Source: Chlorokybus atmophyticus (taxonomy: Eukaryota; Plantae; Mesostigma and Chlorokybus algae). Taken from it: a stretch of DNA of 64,000 nt. The stretch covers positions 232,482-296,481 of the forward strand of contig RHPI01000732.1 of the NCBI GenBank assembly GCA_009103225.1, read 5' to 3'. Below the pieces are notes generated by a model. The model saw nothing but the letters and a program-made list of their open reading frames with translations, searched no databases and was not told where the DNA came from. The translations under genes were made by a program, and so were the position numbers. Positions 12,022 to 24,500 of the stretch are shown in pieces (positions within the stretch are counted from its first letter, which is position 1; every line of letters starts with the position of its first letter).

Positions 12022-15000
12022 TTATGATCGACTGCGTCTTCGTCTCCGTGGTGGTGAGGGCGACTGCTTGCGATGGTGCTCGTGTTTCCTGCAAATAAGT
12101 GTGCAATAAGCACCCGTAGCAGGCAGTGCAAAGCTTGCCAACATTACATTCCAGCAGTGCATATACAAAACAAAAGAAAGAAGAAGATCCACCTGTCCTT
12201 CTCGCGCGACCTTCCGCGATGCCGCGAGTGTCGCTCTCGTGATGGGGATGGAGACTTCCTGTAACAACATTCCTTTAGAACCTCAGCCGCAGCAGCCGCA
12301 GCAGCAAGCAAACCAACAACCACAGTGTCATCTCTCACTTTTTATTGCGCTGCAGAGACCGCGAACGTGACCGTGAGCGTGAGCGACTTCTTCTGCATGC
12401 ATGCACACCTCTCAGAGACGGTTGCTTGCTGGTGCATGCAAAGCCCTTTGCAAGCCCTGATGTGCAATGTACAAGGCACCTGTGATGGCGAGAAGGGCTC
12501 TTATCATGTCGCGACCTATCTTTGTGACGTGCTGTCTTGTCTCGGTCCCTTGTTGACTTCACCCTGTCCTCTGAGCCTTTTTCTACATGTCTGTGTTGAG
12601 AACTTTTTGCAACTTGTTGCCTGTCGCCAGACTCGTCCTTCGCATGGTGGGCATCGGCCTTGGACGCCTCTCGTCCCATGTCTTTGTTGTGATGGTTATG
12701 TGTCTCATCATGCGCATGACCACAGTCCCTCTCCGCATGTATTGCAGCAGGCTTGCCATTGGTTGAGACAGGCTCTGCTGCGGACTTCAAACCAGCTGGC
12801 ATGCTATTGGGAGCAGCTTGCTCGCCGCTCTGTTCCGCTCCCGTGCGCCTTGCCATAGCTCGTGCTCGCCAACCCGTCGCTGTTGAAGGGTCTGCGTCTG
12901 GCATGCGAGCCGTTGTTGGCAACGTGCCCGCCGCATCCCCGTTGTCACGTGTGCTACCGGCAATTGTTGGCTTGTTGCCCGCAGCCGGCTCACCGCCAGC
13001 AGGCTCACCTACACACATGACCGCAAGAAAATCAGCACGATGCAGACCTTCCTGCTGTACAAAGGACTCGTGTTGACTAGCACCCATGTTCACACATGGT
13101 CCATAGTGAGGAATTCTGTCTCACCTGACGGGCTGCGCTCGTCTTCGTCGCTGTCGCTGTCGCCATACCCGAGGCCAAGCGGGTTTACACTTGCACCGGC
13201 ATCTTCACTTGTGACACGCACAGGATGGATGACCTCAACTCTGGGAGTGTCTTCTGCAGCACGCGTAGGTTTGCTTGGATTATCACCTGTGGATGGCATC
13301 ATCATCAATCTAAAAGTTGACAAAAAGGCACAAAGGCATAATGTACACAACGCATACCGTCCGTTTCGTGCAACACTTCCATAGCAATCTCGCGAAACAG
13401 ACTGTCTGTGACTTTCAGCAGTATCTCTGTCAGCACCTTCTTGATCTCCATGTTGAGTGCTGCCTGGCGTTCAGCCGCTCTGGCAGCCTACTCCCAGAAC
13501 AAAAACAAAGTGTGACTGGTCAGTTGAAGCACCTCAACCACAAATACATAGAATGAGCTCTCTCAATTCTACACTCTATCATACCTCTTCTCCAGCGTCT
13601 TCATCTGATTCGCTGTCGGACAAATCATGACCGCCGTTTTGCAATACAGCTCTGGCAGGCATGTCATCAACAGCATCGTTGTCTGGTTGCTCATGCCCAC
13701 CATGTGATACGCCGTTGTTGTTTGCAGCATTGGCTTGCACTTGGCGCTGCTTCGTTTCCAAAAGCGCTTCCCGCACCCATTCGGGCACTTTCTGCTTGTG
13801 ATACTCAGGATTAGAGTTCAGGCAGAGAGCATCACATTCGCCTCAGGCTTACACACAAGAAATCTATTATAGTCACAGTTGTTGGCAAAAAGCACAAGGA
13901 GAATGTTTGAGCTGTAAGCACCGTTACCTTTTTGGATTGAGCTATTTGTCCCGCATCAGCCATTGGATAAGTGCCATAAGCATAAGGCGGTGCCATGCCG
14001 GCAACCCCATCCATTTGATACGGTGCGGTTGGCATTGCCGCGGGTGCATAGCTAGTTGTGGGGCCGTAGCTCGCTGAGTACATGTTGTTATGTTGTTGCA
14101 TGTGGCCGTACTGCAACAAGAGCTGTAAGCATGCACGGAAGGACATCCCCGCACACCGTGTGCTGTTGGGCCAGGTGGGCCTGCTTTCAAGCATCAAGCA
14201 ATGCTATGCCTATCCTCCAGCGCTGCAAACCACTGGAGAATAGGCCTGCAACGCTCCCACCTGCTGCGGCAAAGGTTGAGCATATGCCTGCTGAATTTGT
14301 TGTGGTGGTGGCGGGTACGGCGGCAGCGGAGGCTGCATGTTGGCGTGTTGATTGCTGTATTGCTCTGTTGGATATGCTTGTTGCTGCGGTTGTGCATGGT
14401 AAGCTTGCTGCTGCGCATGGTAAGCATCTTGCGGACCACTGGCCAACACTGCCTGAGTACGCCATCGCTGTCACATGTTACTGCAAGCGAGTGAACAGAT
14501 AACTATGACGCAGAACGCGAAATTGTTATATGCTTGCCTGCTCCTGTGGTTGTGTGTACTGATGGTACTGGTCCGCATAGTGCTGGTCCTGTGGCTGCAT
14601 CAACGCACTCGCTGCGTCCCCCGCTATTTGCATGTCCTGCTCTCCTGCTTGCCATGGGTGGATGTGATAATGTGATTGCATGCATGCTACCCAGGGCAGT
14701 ACTACTAACACAAATGCAACATAATACTTGCACAATCAGGGCAAACCACCGCGCATCAGATATGTGATGTTGACCTCTGAGCGATTTATGGCGATACCAA
14801 ATGATCGCGATGCATGCAAGACCAAGTGGCATGTCATCAGTCGACCTTACAACACTGTTGCAGCTGATAATCTAAACAACTGAACATACTCAGCAGCTGT
14901 CGCTGCACTAACAAGGTATGCCCCACACCAATTAGCACCATGGACAAGAATAGCAAGTAACAGAGTCAATTCGCGACAATATTGCAGATTTGTAGGCATG

Positions 15001-15328
15001 CGGTACCTTGCTCAGGCTGGGGCTGCTGCTGCTGCCAAGCCACCCAAGCCTTTGCGCGGGCGGCCAAGTCCTCAGGGGTCTGGGTGGAGTGGGGGTCTGG
15101 CTGCCTGTGTCCAGCGCCTGGTGCCCACCCAGCGGCGCCTTGCGTGGTAGGATGAGGATGAGGAGCATGATGAGGCGGCGGCGGAGGCTGCGCTCCCCAC
15201 TGGTGCCCCGCTCCGCCCCACATTGCTCCTGGTGTGTAAGCAGCCGGAGCTGCCGGCTGAGGAGGTGGCGGAGGCACGGCAGGGTAATGCCCGCCTGCGC
15301 CGTAAGCTGGCTGCTCGTACGGGTTCAT
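12022..15328 (-). CDS. PNISR/SFRS18-like arginine/serine-rich splicing-associated protein
   Basis: Pro/Gln-rich N-terminus with DLAARAKAWVAWQQQ, an internal VPEWVREALLETKQR motif, an acidic stretch and an RS-rich C-terminus ending SPSPPRRRRRSRS* at 12022. The two motifs resemble PNISR motifs as recalled. Confidence 0.65.
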
Positions 15329-16610
15329 CTCCAACGCCGCCAACACCGACCACACCTACATCCCTGACATGCGCAGTTAGGGTTGCACACTGCACTGGTA
15401 GAGTTCTCTCGCCAACTTCATTTGGCTAACGCATTTTGCATGAAACGAGGTGGGTTCATGATGTGCCGAATTCAACTTGACTTGAAGTACACGGTAGGCT
15501 AAATAACGACGAAGCAATGCGCAAGTATACAAGGTAATGCATCTCACACATCCATGCTCTTAAGAGTGATGATTGCAACGCATTTAGTGTGCATAGTATT
15601 TGCATTAAGCTTACAAGTGAATGCGGTCTGTCACTTCTGCAACCGCAAGTGACATCATATGTGATCCACATGATTTGTGTGCACTATCAGATTATAAATG
15701 TTGCTTTTGTTCAGCATACTTTAGTAGATGCTTTTCATTAGCATGTTTCGCGGTTCCGCGCTAAATAAAGATAAATATTCATATAAAGTTTAAACTAGCA
15801 CGAGTCACGTTGGTGCCAAGCATAATTGTCATTCTAATTTAATAATGCGCACATACAATGTATCGTGTGCATGCATAATATGTGTTGTTAAACTGACGAT
15901 CTCGTTTATACATTCACAATTAAAACATCCTTATATTTTGTTTAAATGCACATGTCATCACTTCAAATAGCATAGCTGTATGTGATTTGCGCATGCTACA
16001 TTTTATTGATGTGTTTAAAAATGTTTATAATTAATTATACACGTTACATCATGATGCGATATTATATATAGAATTGATATTGCTACAATAATGTACTAAC
16101 AACGGTGCATTCAAGTTCAACGTTACTACACCATGTATGTCACAAACATAGCACATATGTTATTATTTACACATGTATTCTTAATATCGCCTATCACCGG
16201 ATGTGTAGTGTTACAAATGCCCATTTTTATATAACTCTTTAAAACAATGATAACATTACATGCATTTGTGACAATGCACACCAATATTATGTTCATCAGC
16301 TTTAGGTAGCAATGTTCTTGTCCATAGCATTGTTTAAGGACTATTTTGTATTTACGAAACTATGATTTTTCATTCACAAACACTCATGTGCGATGCGACA
16401 TTTTGACAAGAACCGTAAACTAATGCAATGCCTGACTGTGCAGACTTGATTTTTCAACTGAAACTTGTGCATCCATTGCATACATGCATGCTTCTGTCAA
16501 CTTCAACCATCCATGACCCACAATACTCTGTGGTAGTTTTAGCGCCAGAATAAAACAACAAGAGCATGCTGACTCTACATTGTCTGCGTTTGATTATGAA
16601 CCAACGTTCA

Positions 16611-16671
16611 CATTGGTTACATCACCTGGGCCGCATGGCCCATGCGGCATGGCCCAGGTGATGTATCAATG
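16611..16671. repeat. Nested palindrome with perfect 15-bp arms containing three TGGGCC/GGCCCA (site II-like) motifs
   Basis: TACATCACCTGGGCC (16618-16632) is the exact reverse complement of 16651-16665. An inner CCGCATGG-c-CCATGCGG palindrome is also present. Confidence 0.85.
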
Positions 16672-17261
16672 AAACTGAGCGAGATGCTTTTGCGAGGGCT
16701 GTTGACTTGTTGTCATGCTGTCAGAACATTGACTCCTGTAACTGATTATTTTGCTGTCACCCCTGGCGATCCACCAGCCTGTCTCGTGATGACATGTGGA
16801 AAGCGCTGACAGCAGCCTCGACAGCAGCGAGAAAGTGCGCTTTTTGAACTAGCCAGCGTGCTGCCGGTCAGTTTTGGGGGATTTTCACATTGTTTACCAG
16901 ACAATGCTTGACAAAACCCCTAGCAAAGCGGAAAAGCGTCCAAATTCGCCACAGCTTCGCTGCTGACCCTGCGCGCGCTGGCGCTCAGCGCTTACAAAAC
17001 GGGTGTCGTCACGCAGTTTAAGGACGGAGTTGGCTAGGTTAAACCTTGCTGCGCGGTACGCGCATGTACCTTGTTATCGAGCAGCGCGTACCCTCTCTAT
17101 CGCAAAATGTATTTGCCAATTAAAAGATATTGATAAGACACGCACAATATATCGGCATGCATATGTTCTTTTGTGGTACGCAGTTAACTGCGGTCAGCTA
17201 CACCAGTGAGCAGTGGTTGTTGGCAGCATAGGCGGCAGCGGCGGCGGCGAGGGGAAGCGGG

Positions 17262-19121
17262 TTGGCAGTCATGGCGGTGGCGGCGGCGGCTGTGGTCAGC
17301 CGTGCGGCATTGGGTGTCGGTTTGGAGGGGATCTTGCCTGTGAAGCTGTCGTCGCGCAGGCGGCGGGCAGGTAAAGCATGCGTCATGTCGCCGGCCAGGG
17401 CGGTGCTGGAGGCTTCTCGCCCGGCGGAGGAGCAGCAGCTTGATGCTGCCAGTTCGGAGGCGGCGGTGCGGGAGCTTCGGGAGGAGCGTGACAGGCGGGC
17501 GGCTGCCCTGGCTGCAGCCGAGGCTGCCCTCCGCGCTGTAGAGCGGCAGATGACTCCCCGCAACGCCTACCTACCGCCTGACGGCCGGCCATGCGACTAC
17601 GGGTTCAATTCCGCCACAGTCGGTGTCTACACGGACGACGCCGTCCCGTCCGCCGTGCCTGAGAACGTCTTTAGGCTGGCATGGAAGAACTTCAGCCGCG
17701 AGCTGCGTGCCCTTCGCAAGGCCTTGGACCCTGCTCAGTGCGAGGTGAGTCACCATGACCTGACTTGACGTCACGTCTTTTCATCGTTATGCTTTGGGTT
17801 GTGGTTTTGAAGTTGCTGCTCTTCAGCAAGACGTAGAGTTGGAAACGCTTTACACACCAACAGTAACCACTCGGCTTGCCTGCAAAGTGCTGAATATCCC
17901 AAGCATTGAATTTTGTCACATGTCAAGAACTGCACAGCAGTCGAAAACATGCACTGCCATAATTATGAAGTTGTTAGTTGTGTGGGTAACGTCATGGGTG
18001 CTCAGTATGGGCTGTTCATCGCAGTCAGTTAGTTATCAACCAAGAACTGTATTATGTAGTGCTACTACTGCAGCAGCTGGCATGCCTTGCACAGTACGAG
18101 TGTTGTTTCCATGACTTCCAAGTCGTTACTTTTGCATACTGCCATCAGTTGTTGTTCGTGTTATTGGGTGTTTGTTACTTTTTTGTAAACAACTTGCTCA
18201 GACGTTGCTGCGCAGGTGGACGACCCTCTCGACCCTGATCTTTGCTCCATCAGCGGCGATGCCATGCGTTGCGCCTCGCTTCGCGCAGAATTGGAGACTT
18301 TGACACTGAACGATAAGGCTGTATGGCAGCGGGAGCAGACACGCACTCCCATCAAAGCGCCACCGATCATCAAGATCCCATACCTCATGTTGTGCTGGGC
18401 TCTGGACCTGCTCTACAACGGGAAACCCATCCAACGCTTTTGGGTGCTGGAGACCGTGGCGCGCATACCATACTTCAGCTACATCTCCATGCTGCACTTG
18501 TACGAGACGCTCGGGTGGTGGCGTGTTGGCGCGGCAGTAAAGCGTGTCCACTTTGCTGAGGAGTGGAATGAGTTCCATCACCTGCTCATCATGGAGTCTC
18601 TCGGGGGAGACCAGCTTTGGAAGGATCGTTTCTTCGCCCAACATGCTGCTGTTTTCTACTTTTGGGTGTTGGGCACGCTGTGGCTGGTGTCTCCCAGCCT
18701 CGCATACAACTTCAGCGAGATTGTGGAGGCCCACGCTTTCAGTACGTACGCACAGTTTGTGGAGGAGAACGCGGAGAAACTGAAGACCCTCCCTGCTCCG
18801 GAGATTGCGCGCAAGTACTACCTTGCTGAAGACATATACATGTTTGATGAGTTCCAGACTTCGATCGCGCCGGGGACACGTCGACCCTCCATGGCGTCTC
18901 TCTATGACGTATTCTGCAACATTCGTGACGATGAGGCCGAGCATGTTAAGACGATGGTGGCTTGTCAAGACAATGCTAAGGTTGTGCAAAGTCCGCACAC
19001 GGCCGCGGCAGTTGGTGTTCCCGCACTGGCTTCAAAAGCAGTCGCAGCCGCCAAGCCCGTGCCTGAAAGCATACTGGCCTCTGTGCAGACAGCTCTTGAG
19101 CGTGTGCCCAGATGGTTTTGA
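17262..19121 (+). CDS. PTOX: Plastid terminal oxidase (alternative oxidase family diiron protein)
   Basis: Exons 17262-17744 and 18216-19121. Ala/Ser/Arg-rich transit peptide, then RFWVLETVARIPYFSYISMLHLYETLGWWR, HFAEEWNEFHHLLIMESLGG, EIVEAHA and IRDDEAEH. Confidence 0.93.
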
Positions 19122-20297
19122 TATATAACACTATATATATACATTTGTGTGTTGAATAGCGCTTAACATGGTTCGACTGGCATTACCTGCGATGGGTCAT
19201 ATCTGATGTAGATAAAGAGATGAGTTTTGGCGTGATACTAGTTCTCTGGCTCTCATTTGCAGCTGTACAGTAGTAGCCTACAGACATCTTTGTACTGTTC
19301 AAGGCGTGGCTGGGTGCTGCTTGGTTTGTGCATCTGTGGCTTGACTTTACGTGGGTAACTGCGTTTGTGGCAGTGAGCGCGCACACAGCTTTGGTGATGA
19401 AGCTGCACCACTTTGTGAAGGGTGTAGTCATGAAAGCATGGACAGTTCTGATGCTATTGCTATAGCCTGTTGTCAGTGCAATTGCAGCACAGATACTTGA
19501 GGTACCGCTGTGCGCACTGTTACTCGCCAATTTGCAAGCTGTGTGTGAGACTCCTCACAAACCCATATTCCTGCCACAGAGCTCATTGACTCTGTAATTG
19601 CGCTAGCTAGCTACACGCCAGAGCCAATGAGCTCCCAACCAGTAAACCAAGGCATGTGCAATTGATGCGCACACAAGAGTATAGATGTCAAAACCAGACA
19701 TCATATGCAGTGCTAGTGTCAATGCACTCGCTGTGCATCTACATCGCAGCACATCACTACAGGCGGCTCGCAAATATACCTGTAGGCAGTGCAACAACAT
19801 ACACAAAACATCGTTTAATATAGTAGTTTGACATAGTAATACTACTGAGACACAAGCATTGCGCAAAGCATCAGCAGATCTCCTTGTCATTGTTAAGCTT
19901 CAGACCCAAATCTATGTACAACCATGTATAATATAGTATGCAAGGATTGTGGCATGCATGAGAATGTAGCAAACATGCATGCAGTCCGCACACTACACCA
20001 TCGCACTCTTATATTCACCATCGGGATGTCCAAGCTCACTACTTATCTACCTTCGCTACTGCCCATACCCATTCAACACATATGCAGGCACGTGTAATTA
20101 CCTGTACAACACGACGATGTCCGCAAACATAGGAGCCAACCTCTTGTGCCTGCCGGCAAGCACAGAGGCAAAACGATTAGCCAATCGCGCTTCAAGCAGC
20201 GCCCTTTCGCTAGTGACAGCGTTGCAGACATGCCGTAGATGCTACAAACCAATGGTGCCTACGTGAAACCTTGTATAGTGTGCATCCCCATAAAAGC

Positions 20298-21341
20298 CTA
20301 CGTAGACTTCTTGATCTGATCCGCAGCTGAATGTGCAACTTTGTTTGCCTCATCCTCAGCCTTCTTCACCTGCTCGTTCACCTGCTGCACAACATCTCCT
20401 GCAGACCTGCAAGCACACACATCAGCAAGACAAAGCAAGCAGTTCAGGCTGCATGCGTTAATGGAGGCTGGAACAACACAAGCAAAACTAGCACAAGTAA
20501 GCTGTGGGGGCTGCGATGCAAAACTTCATGTGGCTAAGCAGCCCAGGTTTGAATGTGCCCAAACAACACACTCTTTCAAGCTAAGAACTTCAACTGGCAT
20601 GCATTCATGACGCCTGCTTGGGTCAGTCACTAGTTGCGCTGCTCACTATGCACAACACGTGTGCAGCAGATGTTCATACGCATGTGCGGGCATTTGTGTA
20701 TGTATATGCATGTACGCATTCGTGTGCATTTGTACAAGAACTGAACTGTGCAGATGTCTATTCAAATGCATGTACGTGCGCATGCACACGTAATCGTATG
20801 TGTACACTGTACATCTAAATTAGTGTCCGCATGTACACGCTGCTCACCTGTGCGTTGCAGTGTACCAGCGCTGAAAGTTGTACAGTTGCACCGTCTCATT
20901 CGCAACATGGCAAGAGAGTAGCAGATAGTTTCGCGGCTGAACCATCCAAGCGAAGCGCATAAAAAGAAGTGAATAGACGCACAGCGCTGCAAGACACAGA
21001 GGAATTGAATCAAGCTAAAAGCTGCCTGGCGTCTCATGAATATGACAAAAAAACAAAACATCTCACAAGGCAACAATGACCAGCACTTACTGCCTGTCAT
21101 GGGGCCTGAAATCATATCAGGTGACTTCTTCATATCTGCAAGCCCCTGGCAGGAGCGCAAACAACCGTTAACCTCATGCATGCATGTTGGGTGATGTAAC
21201 GAACCCTAACACTGCCTTCCCAAGCCACAGCACAAACACACTCACCGCTACCACAAACCCCCAATTCGCCACGGGTCCCCAGAAATGAGTCGTCTTGGGG
21301 CCAACAGGACTGTTCCAAAACGCCCGCAAAGCGGACGCCAT
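20298..21341 (-). CDS. MPC1: Mitochondrial pyruvate carrier 1
   Basis: [25 protein letters not shown] | [17 protein letters not shown] | [19 protein letters not shown]...[12 protein letters not shown]. The last exon 20406-20298 ends in TAG. Confidence 0.92.
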
Positions 21342-21455
21342 GCTTGCCAACCACGCCGCCAACAACACCGCCCCCGCTACGGCCAAGCAGGAATACTTCA
21401 CCTTAACAGCCTAACTCTGTTGCGTTAAGATTCTTAACTTTCAACCTAGTTCAGC

Positions 21456-21464
21456 AAACCCTAA
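21456..21464 (+). promoter_or_regulatory. Telo-box in MPC1/GEX1 bidirectional promoter
   Basis: Exact AAACCCTAA within a 237-bp head-to-head spacer. Confidence 0.55.
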
Positions 21465-21578
21465 TTGCGCACAAGCGCACAAGAGTTTGCCGCACAAGAG
21501 CACAAGCGGTCATTCCGTTGAGACACAGCACAAATGCAAAAATGTGAACACATCAGGCGACAGTGACAGGCTTCAGCC

Positions 21579-24500
21579 ATGGCGGCGGCGACGGCGGCGG
21601 TGGTGTGGCTGCCGGCGTTGCTGCTGGTGTGGAGAGCCGCGCCAGCAGTAGGAGTCGCTAGTGTTTCTGCTGGAATCGGAATTTCCTTGCCGTCATTTGA
21701 GGTTGCTGGTGCAGCGGCTGTGCAGGTTGGTTTGGGCGGCATTATAGTGAGTCCTGCACAGCAAGCATGGGTGTGGTTGTGGGCTGAGCTTTAGCCCACA
21801 GAGTGCTCTGGGTGCATAATTGCTCGTTGTACCTGTTACTTCTGTTCAGTAACATGTGGTAACCACTGACATCATTGACAGACATCTTGCAATCTGCATT
21901 TTGCGATGAGGACACGTTTCGTATGCGTACAGTTACTAGTTACTGCCTTGTGTGCCAATTGTGCGAAACCTTACGTCTTGCACCCAACTATTCAAGGGCG
22001 AGAGCCTTCAAGGTTGACATGTTTGTGTGCCCATCGATGTTGTCGTGCCTGCCGCTGCAGCTGTGCTTCCGTTTTGCACACACACGTTGTCGCGCGCGAA
22101 TGTGCACATGCATGCACACAGTTTTATGCACGCATGCACACACACACAGAGGTGCACGCGCACGCACAAGCATATGTACACACAGAAGTGCACGTATGCA
22201 CTTCAGAACACGATTCAACATGCTCTTATCAGGCCCGCGAATCAATTGTTGGTGAGTCCCTTGCAATGGTGCGGGAAGTGGAGGCATTGAGTTGCGGGAC
22301 ACAGGCTTACGCACAGCTGCTGGCCTCCTGCAGGTGAGTTTGCATGTTTGGTTGATCAGATCACACTCGCACAGCATTAGCATGCGTGCATGCAAGTGCG
22401 TGTTGAGGAAAACCTTTCTTTTCCTATCTCTGCTCTTGTATTCCTGTGCATGCCCTTGTGGTGAGAGCAAAGGTAGTGTATGACATACTCTTGGCATCTG
22501 TGTTCATTGCGGCGTCTCAGTGACTCGGCGACGTTGTCAAAAAGGTCTGCTTTAAACATGTTCCTCTTGCATGTTAGGCTGAAAACCAGCATTGTCTTCA
22601 GGACGATCATCAAAGACGATAACCTGAAGAAACGGATGGCCGTGCTGTTCACAAACTGCTTCCTGCAAGAGAGCGGTCGAGGGACGCTGGACGAGCCGGC
22701 ATTCCCGTGCGAAGAACAGGATCATATAAAGGTTGGCGTGCTGGCTTGGTGATGTGTGACACTCCCATGTATGCGTGCACGCAAGCTCTCGCAGTGTCTG
22801 TGCGAGCATGTGTGTGCAAGTAACCATTGCGTGCGCGCAGGTGCGTGCATATGTGTTGTTGCGCGCATGCGTGCCTGCCTTGACATGAGCTTAACTGTCA
22901 CTTGGTGGGCAGGCGTGCACAGCTCCCATATATGAAGACATCAACAACAACGCTTGGACAACCTACTTTGGGTTCTACAAGGCCGTGGACGCAATCTGCC
23001 ACCATTTGCAGTATGTAGCGCCATTGGGGGGGATAACCCCTCAGCAACATCTTGTCTGTTGCCTGCAACGTTCTTTGCGTTTGACATGTAGCGCATTGTT
23101 GCTGCAGGAGTGACCTGTTTGTGCAACGGACAGAAGAAGCGGTCAGTAGCCTCCAGGTGAAGCCCACAGTCTACACATGTGTCACAGGGTGTGGTACTAT
23201 GCTATGTTCATAATCACTTATGTTTGACGACCTGTGGCACATACCGTACCTATGGCACCTACACGCGCACGCTTCCGCATGGGTTGTTGTGACTAGGTGC
23301 CCAGGTATCTACTCCCCTTATTCCAAATGCGATTATTCTAACCTGTGTGCGTGCGTGCAAGCGTGGGTGCGTGCGTGGACACTTGCGCAGGCACGCAAGT
23401 GCAGTGTAGACTGGCTGTTGCTCTCCAACTGTACAACAACTGTACAACTGTACAACATCGTGTCTTGTCTTGTACAGCCACGCCGACTAACATTACATAT
23501 CCATCCCATCCTTGTGAATCCTTGTTCTCACTCTAACTCACCCCCCGCGTGCAGGCTGCCACCATGGATGCCACCTCCTCCCTCCACTCCCTCTCCTCCA
23601 CCTCCCTCTCCATCCTCTCCACCTCGCACCAATCCCTCGTATTACAACAACAACTCCACGCCCAGAACGACCGCCTGTCGAAGGAGATCGGCCGCGCGGT
23701 CGACGCGGCAGGGGTGTTGGTTGAGGGACAGAGAGCGGTCGAGGAGGCGCAGAGGGACATGGAGAAGGCGGCGAGGGAGGGGTTTGGACACGTCAATGAT
23801 GAGCTGGCGCAGGTACGTGCGGGGGTGGAGGGTGGATGCATGGGTACTGGCGTGTACGCGTCAGGGTGTGGATGCGCGAGCATCAGCGTGCGTGCGTGCG
23901 TGGGCATGCGTTGGAAGTGCGATTGCGTGTACGTGCGTGTGCACGAGTGAGCTTGCATGTGCTTGAACGTACACACACGCACACTGTGCACATCTGAGTG
24001 TGCGCGCGTATGTGCGTGTGCGCATGTGTGCCTTCTTGCATGCTTGCGCGCGTGCGCATGCCTCACTTGTGAATTTGCACGTTTGATCAGTGCACGCTCA
24101 CACACTCGCGCATGCGGACACATCTGTCTGTACATATACTCTTGTCAGCGTGTGTAGGTGCATCTCGGCATGGACGCCCTTCGCTCCTGGCAAGAGGAGC
24201 TCATTCGCGGGAGCGCGGCGGCGGCGCAGGCGCTGGCGGATCTGCGGGGAGCGCAGGACGCCGCGTGGCTGGAGGCGCGGGGAGCACTCGCCGCCGCGCG
24301 CGAAGCACACGTGGTCCACGCAAATGATGAGGCCGCACACCATGCGCACGTCGCGTCCGCACACCAACACATACTCAATGCCACGCGCGCCGCAGCGTCT
24401 GCTCAGGTTAGTGACAATGATGTGGTTGAAACAACCGACGCGCGTTCGCGCGTGCGTGCATGTGTGTGTATGTGGTGGTTATAGCAACTTACTTGCACAA

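Noticed and set aside
15700-16420. AT-rich island as a possible transposon or foreign insert
   Set aside because: No convincing TIR, ORF or repeat was found by eye. The same applies to 38900-40560 and 57540-58210, though a RepeatModeler check is still worthwhile.
19183-20266. Several 90-115 aa ORFs between PTOX and MPC1
   Set aside because: They have no motifs and no consistent splice structure, and are likely convergent 3' UTRs.
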